Shown in pieces: positions 57,862-64,000 of a DNA stretch of 64,000 nucleotides. Below the pieces are notes generated by a model. It did no database searches and had not been told where the DNA came from. It worked only from the letters and a program-made list of their open reading frames with translations. This stretch comes from Gammaproteobacteria bacterium (GTDB taxonomy: Bacteria; Pseudomonadota; Gammaproteobacteria; Steroidobacterales; Rariloculaceae). The position numbers and the translations under genes were made by a program. Within the stretch, counting starts at the first letter, position 1, and every line of letters begins with the position of its first letter. The DNA lies in contig DATKCK010000005.1 of NCBI GenBank assembly GCA_035513215.1, forward strand, positions 45,733-109,732, read 5' to 3'.

Positions 57862-60800
57862 ATGTTCAAGCCAGTCGAACCGAGGTACGACGGTCCCGCG
57901 CTAGAGCGGCGGATGCTCGAATTCTGGCAGCGCGAGCGCGTTTTCGAGCGCGTCATCGAGCAGGGCGCGGACCGTGAGCTCTTCGTCTTCTACGAAGGCC
58001 CACCGACGGCCAATGGCCGCCCCGGCATCCACCACGTGCTGGCGAGAACGTTCAAGGATCTCTATCCGCGTTACAAGACGATGCGGGGCTTCCATTGCCC
58101 GCGCAAGGCCGGCTGGGATACGCATGGCTTGCCGGTCGAGCACGAAGTCGAGAAGGCGCTCGGCATCTTCGACAAGAAGAGAATCGAGCAGGAGGTCGGC
58201 ATCGCGAGCTTCGTCGAGCAGTGCCGCTCCTCGGTCATGCGCTACGTCGCCGACTGGGAAGAGATGACGAAGCGCATGGGCTTCTGGGTCGATTTCGACG
58301 ATGCGTACTTCACCTTGCACAACAGCTATATCGAGTCGGTCTGGAGCCTGCTCGGGAAGATCTGGGATCGCGGCCTGATCTATCAGGGATACAAGGTCGT
58401 GCCTTACGATCCGCGTATCGGCGCGACGCTGTCGTCGCACGAAGTCGCGCAGGGTTACCGCGAGGTCGACGATCCGTCGGTCTACGTTCGCTTCGCCGTC
58501 GAGGGTGAGGACGCCTGCTCCTTCCTCGTCTGGACCACGACGCCGTGGACGCTGCCGTCCAATCTGCTTCTGGCCGTGCATCCGGACGTGGATTACGTCT
58601 GGGTCGAGACTCGAGGAGAGACGTTGATTCTGGCGCGCGAGCTTGCGGCCACCGTGCTCGCCGACGCCGATTTCCGTGTCGTTAGAACGGCGAAGGGCAC
58701 GGAACTCGACGGCATGCGCTATCGGCGGCTGTTCGACTATCTGCCGGCCGAGGGAGACATCTGCCGGGTCCGAACGGCCGAGTTCGTGACGACCGACGAC
58801 GGCACCGGCATCGTCCATATCGCGCCCGCCTATGGCGAGGACGATCTCGAGCTCGGGCTGGAGCATGGGCTGCCGGTTGTTCACGGCGTCGGGGACGACG
58901 GCTACTTCGTCGACGCCGTGACGCCGGTCGCCGGCAAGTTCTTCAAGGATGCCGACCCGATACTGATCGAGGCGCTCGAGCACAACGGCGCCTTGTTCCG
59001 GGCCGGGACCTATCGGCACAACTATCCTTTCGGCTGGCGTACCGGGGACCCGCTGATCTACTATGCGAAGAACGCCTGGTACATCCGAACCACCGAGTTT
59101 CGCGAGCGGCTCGTGGCGCTCAACAGGACGATCAACTGGGTACCCGAGCATATCCGGGAAGGCCGGTTCGGAAACTGGCTCGAGAGCAACATCGACTGGG
59201 CACTGTCGCGCGAGCGTTTCTGGGGTACGCCATTGCCGCTGTGGACGGACGGCGAGGGCGATTACATCTGCATCGGGTCAGTCGCCGAGCTCGAGGAGCG
59301 CAGCGGCAGGCAGCTCGACTCGCTCGATCTGCATCGGCCGGCCGTGGACGAGGTTACGTTCGTGCACGACGGCCGTGAGTACGGCCGCGTCGAAGAGGTC
59401 ATCGATTGCTGGTTCGACTCGGGCGCCATGCCGTTCGCGCAATGGCACTACCCTTTCGAGAACGAGGATGTCTTCGAGCGGCATTTCCCCGCCGACTTCA
59501 TTTGCGAAGCGATCGATCAGACGCGCGGGTGGTTCTATACGCTGCATGCCATAGCGACGATGGTCGAGGACAACGTTGCCTATCGCAACGTCGTTTGTCT
59601 CAGCCACATCGTCGACGCCGACGGCAAGAAGATGTCTAAATCGCTCGGCAATATTCTCGATCCCTACGAAGTGTTCGATGCCGTCGGCGCCGATGCGTTG
59701 CGCTGGCACTTCACGGCCAGGGTAGCCCCGGACGTGCAAAAGCGGCTGTCGATCGAGATCGTCCAGGACGTTGCGAGCAGCTTCATCAATACATTCTGGA
59801 ACACCTATGTCTTCTTCGTCATGTACGGGAATCTCGACGAGGTCGATCTTGCGCGCTCGATTCCCGTTGAAGACCGTCCGGAGATCGATCGCTGGGCGGC
59901 CGCCCTGCTCGAGGAGACGATCGCGACGACGACCGAGGCGCTCGATGGTTACGATGCGCAGAAGGCGGGGCTCGCGATCGAGTCTTTCGTCGACCAGCTC
60001 AGCAACTGGTACGTCAGGCTCAATCGAAGGCGCTTCTGGAAGGCCGCGAGCGGTGACGACAAGCAGTCTGCCTACCTGACGCTGTATGAATGTCTCGACG
60101 GCGCATTGAGGCTCATGGCGCCTTTCGTTCCCTTTCTGAGCGAGGCCGTCTATCAGAATCTCGTGCGATCGCGGGACGCATCGGCGGCGGTCAGCGTGCA
60201 TATGAGTCGCTGGCCCGAGCAGCGCCCGGCAATGCGCGACACGCGCCTGCTTGCGGAGACCGACGTCGTCCAGCGCATCGTCGGTCTCGGCCGCTCCGCG
60301 CGGAACGCTTCGAAGCTCAAGGTACGTCAGCCGCTGTCGCGTCTCCTGGTCCGCGTACCCGACGATTTCGCCGCCGCGGCCGTGACGCGTCACGAGGCGC
60401 TGATCAGGGACGAGCTCAACGTCAAGGCGGTGGAGCTCCTCGCGCGCGATGCGGAGCTCGTCAGCTACCGCATCAAGCCCAATCTGCCCGTCGTCGGCAA
60501 GCGCTACGGCAAGCTGATCCCGGCGCTACGCAGGTACCTCGCGGAAGCCGACGGCGGTGCAATCGCGCATGCCGTCGCGCGCGGCGAGACTCAGACGTTC
60601 GACATCGAAGGTCAGGCCTTGTCGTTCGAGCCCGACGACCTGCTCGTCGAGACGGAATCGGCCGAGGGCTTTGCCTGCGCCGAGGAGCACGGCTACCTCG
60701 CCGGGCTCGACACGAGCCTGAACGACGACCTCCGCCGGGAAGGCATGGCGCGCGAGCTGATCCGGATCGTCCAGGATACGAGAAAGCAGGCCGGGCTCGA

Positions 60801-61005
60801 GGTCTCCGATAGAATCGAGCTGATGATCAACGGCGATCCGGCCGTGACGGAGGCCGTCGACCTGCACCGTGACGCGATCATGAGCGAGACGCTGGCAACG
60901 AAATGGCGTGAGCCCGCGCCCGAAGCCGGGCTCCGGGTCGAAGGCCGCCAGGGCGACCTGGCCTTCGTCGTCCACCTGGCGAGGCTCGAGGCGGCCAGTG
61001 ACTGA
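57862..61005 (+). CDS. ileS: Isoleucine--tRNA ligase, type 2 (eukaryote/actinobacterial-like)
   Basis: FVFYEGPPTANGRPGIHHVLARTFKDLYPRYKTMRGF (type-2 form of the HIGH region), WHYPFEN, KMSKSLGN. No Cys-rich C-terminal zinc domain. ATG at 57862. Confidence 0.9.
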   Translation: MFKPVEPRYDGPALERRMLEFWQRERVFERVIEQGADRELFVFYEGPPTANGRPGIHHVLARTFKDLYPRYKTMRGFHCPRKAGWDTHGLPVEHEVEKALGIFDKKRIEQEVGIASFVEQCRSSVMRYVADWEEMTKRMGFWVDFDDAYFTLHNSYIESVWSLLGKIWDRGLIYQGYKVVPYDPRIGATLSSHEVAQGYREVDDPSVYVRFAVEGEDACSFLVWTTTPWTLPSNLLLAVHPDVDYVWVETRGETLILARELAATVLADADFRVVRTAKGTELDGMRYRRLFDYLPAEGDICRVRTAEFVTTDDGTGIVHIAPAYGEDDLELGLEHGLPVVHGVGDDGYFVDAVTPVAGKFFKDADPILIEALEHNGALFRAGTYRHNYPFGWRTGDPLIYYAKNAWYIRTTEFRERLVALNRTINWVPEHIREGRFGNWLESNIDWALSRERFWGTPLPLWTDGEGDYICIGSVAELEERSGRQLDSLDLHRPAVDEVTFVHDGREYGRVEEVIDCWFDSGAMPFAQWHYPFENEDVFERHFPADFICEAIDQTRGWFYTLHAIATMVEDNVAYRNVVCLSHIVDADGKKMSKSLGNILDPYEVFDAVGADALRWHFTARVAPDVQKRLSIEIVQDVASSFINTFWNTYVFFVMYGNLDEVDLARSIPVEDRPEIDRWAAALLEETIATTTEALDGYDAQKAGLAIESFVDQLSNWYVRLNRRRFWKAASGDDKQSAYLTLYECLDGALRLMAPFVPFLSEAVYQNLVRSRDASAAVSVHMSRWPEQRPAMRDTRLLAETDVVQRIVGLGRSARNASKLKVRQPLSRLLVRVPDDFAAAAVTRHEALIRDELNVKAVELLARDAELVSYRIKPNLPVVGKRYGKLIPALRRYLAEADGGAIAHAVARGETQTFDIEGQALSFEPDDLLVETESAEGFACAEEHGYLAGLDTSLNDDLRREGMARELIRIVQDTRKQAGLEVSDRIELMINGDPAVTEAVDLHRDAIMSETLATKWREPAPEAGLRVEGRQGDLAFVVHLARLEAASD

Positions 61006-61525
61006 GGACGCAGCACGCCGCTGGTTCTCGCTCCGGGCCGGTGCCTCGAACTGGCTCTGGCTGACGCTCGCCGTGATGGCTCTCGATCAATGGACCAAGC
61101 GCCTGATCCTCGCTCGCTTCGATCCCTACGAAGAGCTGTTCGTTCTGCCCGTGCTCGATATCGTTCGCTGGCACAACGAAGGCGCCGCCTGGAGCCTCCT
61201 GAGCGATGCCGGCGGCTGGCAGCGGTGGTTCTTCATGCTGCTCGGCATCGCCGTCAGCATCGGGATACTGATCTGGCTCAGGCAGCTTCCCGCGCGGGGC
61301 CAGAGCCGGGTCGCAGCCGGTCTTGCGCTCGTCATGGCAGGCGCGCTCGGCAACGTCATCGATCGCGTCTATCTCGGCTACGTCGTCGACTTCATCAAGG
61401 TGCACTACGGCGGGTGGGTCTTCCCGGCATTCAACGTGGCTGACTCGGCAATCACTATCGGTGCGGGGCTCATCATTCTCGATGCCGTCATCGACTACGG
61501 TCGGCGGAGCGAAGATCGCAAGTAG
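60998..61525 (+). CDS. lspA: Lipoprotein signal peptidase (signal peptidase II)
   Basis: LDQWTKRLI, HNEGAAWS, GNVIDRV..GYVVDF, FPAFNVADSAITIG. GTG at 60998 with an 8-nt overlap on ileS. Confidence 0.88.
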   Translation: MTEDAARRWFSLRAGASNWLWLTLAVMALDQWTKRLILARFDPYEELFVLPVLDIVRWHNEGAAWSLLSDAGGWQRWFFMLLGIAVSIGILIWLRQLPARGQSRVAAGLALVMAGALGNVIDRVYLGYVVDFIKVHYGGWVFPAFNVADSAITIGAGLIILDAVIDYGRRSEDRK

Positions 61526-61674
61526 ACGGCCGGGCACGTCAGGACGGGGCCGCCGGCTCAGACAGTCCTCGCGCTCCAGCGCCGGCGCTCGACTAATCGC
61601 CTTCGCGGCGCTGCGGAACTCGCCTGCGGTCCAATCCTGACGCGCCCGACCTCCTCAGCAGGTTCGCGCAGGTG

Positions 61675-61695
61675 CACGGCCCACGGCCCACGGCC
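61675..61695. repeat. Three perfect tandem copies of the heptamer CACGGCC
   Basis: Read directly: cacggcc cacggcc cacggcc, ending at the base before the pilE stop codon (tca at 61696-61698 on the + strand). Confidence 0.9.
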
Positions 61696-62148
61696 TCAGC
61701 GCCCCCGGAGACACCGTTCGTTCTGCGCGTCACGCCGCCCCTGCGCATCGACGGTGAACCACACGCAGTCGTCGTCGCCAGTCTGATCGACGTCGTTCCA
61801 GCCGCCGCCGGGGGTCGGGCTCAATCGCGCCGTGTAGGTGCGAGTGTCGGGCGCAACGTCGAAGGTCACGGTGTAGACGCAGTTTTCGGTGCAGCCGCCC
61901 GGAAAGCCGAGCGCGTCGAGATCGGCCGTATACGTGTGGTTGACGTTGCGGAAATTCTCCTGGCGCGTCTGCATCTGGCCCATGGCGTTCAAGGCTTCGG
62001 TGCGCCAGGTCCGCTGCGCGTAGCCCCTGTAGGCGGGGATCGCGATCGCCGCGAGCACGCCGACCAGCGTGACGACGACCAGAAGCTCCATCAGCGTGAC
62101 GCCGGCCATCGGCGAGCGCTGCGCTGAGGCGAGTGATGGGCCCGTCAT
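61696..62148 (-). CDS. pilE: Type IV (minor) pilin PilE
   Basis: Prepilin leader ending G|VTLMELLVVVTLVGVLAAIAIPAYRGYAQRT. Directly downstream of pilY1. The start may be the internal ATG at 62109. Confidence 0.8.
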   Translation of the reverse strand: MTGPSLASAQRSPMAGVTLMELLVVVTLVGVLAAIAIPAYRGYAQRTWRTEALNAMGQMQTRQENFRNVNHTYTADLDALGFPGGCTENCVYTVTFDVAPDTRTYTARLSPTPGGGWNDVDQTGDDDCVWFTVDAQGRRDAQNERCLRGR

Positions 62149-62161
62149 TCGCGTTTCCCGC

Positions 62162-64000
62162 TCAATCGATATCGTGCTGAAGCCAGATCGTTCTCGTCGG
62201 CAGTCTCTGCTGACCGTCGTCGAAGCAGATCAAGCCCTGGCACGGCGTCTCGCCGAGACAGTCGCCATCCGCGGCGCAGCTCAAAGAAAATTGCGCGTCG
62301 TCCTCGTCGATATCGCCGTCGCCATCCGTATCGCTGGCCTCGGGACGCGGGAAGAAGAAGACGGTCTCGGGCGGCGGCGGACCCTGGAATTCGCGGTAAC
62401 GGTCCGTCAACTGCAAATCGGTGGGGTCGACGATGCCGTCGCCGTTATAGTCTTCGACGGATCCGTCGAGGTTGGTCAGCGGCGCGGCGTTGATGAGGCT
62501 CACGACGTACTGCCGCGTCGTGCCGAGAGCGGGCTCGCAGCCCGCACCCCCGGCGCCGGGCCGGTAGGTCGATATGAACACGGCGCCGTCGAAGGTTCGC
62601 GATTCCGCAAGCACCTTCTCGCCGTTCCAGCCGCCGTCATTGAGGCTCAGACGCCATCCCGGATGACCTTGCGGCACGAACGCGTCGACCTGGTTCGTCA
62701 CGTCCTCGAGGTCGGCCGGTACGATCGGTGCGAATGCGTCGTACTGCGCCTGCGTCTTGGGGGAGAACGTCGAGTAGTCGCGAAGCGCGTAGAACTCATC
62801 GTGAGTGACCGTCGAGTTAGGATGGGCACGGTGGCCCGAGCCGACGCCGACGTGCATGAAGTTGTAATGCCTCGTCGTGACCACCGCCACGTCCGGCGCA
62901 TAGTAGAAGCGGCGGGTATCGGCGACGTCCGGCGATGCCATTCCGGCCGCGCCGAGCTGAGCGATGACGCCGCCGGCAACGAGCGAGCTCGGCGGGTTAC
63001 CGTTCGTGATGTCGAAGCGCCACACCTGGCCGCCCATGTCGGCGGCGTACATTCGATCGGCAAAGCCGTCGCTGTTCAGGTCGATTGCCCGCACGTCCGC
63101 CGGTATCGAGTAGTCCATGGCCCATCCCGACGATGCGAAATTCTCCGTCCCTCCCGTTCTTGCGCCGTGCCAAAGCAGGGTGCCCGTTTCCTGATCCACG
63201 ATGTAGATGGCGTTGCCCGTCGCGTCCGTGCTCGTCTCCGCCGCGTCCTGCGACGGATCGTAGCCGCCGCCGATGACGAGAACGAGCTTGTTCGCGTTTT
63301 GCGACGCGCCGGCGATGTTGATTCGCGTGGGCGTCACGCTGGACCAGCTCTGGCCGGCGCCTGGCAGGTCGCTGCTGTCCTTTTGCCACATGACTTTCGG
63401 GTCATCGGGATCCGTGACGTCGAGCGCATAGTAGGCGTCCCCGCCCCGGCGCATGCCGAAGAACAGATAAACCCGTTCGCCCTCGCTTTCCTCGATCTGC
63501 CCGTCGCTGTCAGCGATCGTTTGCACGCGGAGGCCGCCGTCGACGCCGTAGAGCTTCGTATCCGTGTTGTTGTCGACGAGCAGGTCGACCTGATTGCCCA
63601 GGAACTCCGCCGGCAGGAACGCCCAGGCTTCGGTGCCGTCGTCGACGTTGATCGCATGCAGATAGCCGTCATTCGTGCCTATGAAGACGAGCGCGTCGTC
63701 GTTGTCCGGGCCGTAGTTGACCACCACCGGCCGCGAATGCAGCGGGTCGCCCATCTGCCGGCGCGCATCGGTAAGGTCGCCGTCCTGGTCCGCGTCGGCG
63801 ACATCGACGCCGTTGATGAAGTCGATGACGTTGGCTCGGGTCGTGAGGCCGGTCGCCGTCGTGTTCAGCAGGGAGTCGGTCAACGCCGTGTTGCCCGTGG
63901 AGATCGCGTTCGAGCCATCTGCCAGATTCGGGCTCGTTCCGAGATAGGTGTAGACGTTTCGTGTTGCCGTCAGCCGCGCCGCCGCGCCGCCTCGAGTGAC
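62162..64000 (-). CDS. pilY1: Type IV pilus tip adhesin/biogenesis factor PilY1 (C-terminal beta-propeller; 5' end outside window)
   Basis: The frame stays open upstream of the ORF-track TTG through to nt 64000 (...NVYTYLGTSPNLADGSNAISTGNTALTDSLL...). PilY1 blocks GDPLHSRPVVVNYG, VFIGTNDGYLHA, DLNSDGFADRMYAADMGGQVWRFDI. Ca-binding-like DTDGDGDIDEDD. Confidence 0.8.
   Translation of the reverse strand, partial: VTRGGAAARLTATRNVYTYLGTSPNLADGSNAISTGNTALTDSLLNTTATGLTTRANVIDFINGVDVADADQDGDLTDARRQMGDPLHSRPVVVNYGPDNDDALVFIGTNDGYLHAINVDDGTEAWAFLPAEFLGNQVDLLVDNNTDTKLYGVDGGLRVQTIADSDGQIEESEGERVYLFFGMRRGGDAYYALDVTDPDDPKVMWQKDSSDLPGAGQSWSSVTPTRINIAGASQNANKLVLVIGGGYDPSQDAAETSTDATGNAIYIVDQETGTLLWHGARTGGTENFASSGWAMDYSIPADVRAIDLNSDGFADRMYAADMGGQVWRFDITNGNPPSSLVAGGVIAQLGAAGMASPDVADTRRFYYAPDVAVVTTRHYNFMHVGVGSGHRAHPNSTVTHDEFYALRDYSTFSPKTQAQYDAFAPIVPADLEDVTNQVDAFVPQGHPGWRLSLNDGGWNGEKVLAESRTFDGAVFISTYRPGAGGAGCEPALGTTRQYVVSLINAAPLTNLDGSVEDYNGDGIVDPTDLQLTDRYREFQGPPPPETVFFFPRPEASDTDGDGDIDEDDAQFSLSCAADGDCLGETPCQGLICFDDGQQRLPTRTIWLQHDID

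Overview
This is a visibly GC-rich chromosomal segment: third codon positions are mostly G/C, and long spurious antisense ORFs are common. It is most consistent with a gammaproteobacterium. I recognise about 60 protein-coding genes. I saw no rRNA, tRNA, CRISPR array, transposase or integrase. All family calls rest on motif and architecture recognition by eye, with no BLAST or HMM run, so start codons are best guesses.

Layout:
- 1-16.4 kb: a TPR/beta-barrel outer-membrane protein (5' end cut by the window edge), marR, photolyase, pirin, tamB-tamA, a rimK cluster, an MscS channel, and a decayed dicarboxylate/amino-acid symporter remnant.
- 16.4-27 kb: accessory redox genes. These are a split NosR-like flavin/Fe-S module followed by a VTC + DUF4956 pair and an amidohydrolase; a PQQ sugar dehydrogenase with a redoxin; and a DUF4159 / Tat-Rieske / PQQ-dehydrogenase / unknown-protein operon.
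- 27-42.4 kb: a mosaic xylose and glucuronoxylan locus (xylB-xylA, GH67 alpha-glucuronidase, SGNH esterase, Na+/solute symporter, CE1-type esterase). It is interrupted by an LpxR-like gene, a second PQQ sugar dehydrogenase, and a methyltransferase/GlxA-regulator pair riddled with internal deletions.
- 42.4-52.2 kb: rhomboid, USP, MATE, AI-2E, rarA, then a co-directional string of GGT-like protein, two paralogous membrane proteins, a SULT-like sulfotransferase and DUF1244.
- 52.2-64 kb: a housekeeping block with Pseudomonas-like synteny (ispB / rplU-rpmA-obg / rpsT / murJ-ribF-ileS-lspA / pilE-pilY1).

Many adjacent genes overlap by ATGA or GTGA, which I used as evidence for operons.

Items most worth a second look:
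- the NosR-like + VTC/DUF4956 string
- the Rieske-linked quinoprotein operon
- the GGT / membrane-pair / sulfotransferase string
- the deletion-riddled regulator/methyltransferase pair
- an apparent CTG start for obg
- a type-2 ileS sitting in a type-1 synteny context
- a candidate sRNA downstream of marR
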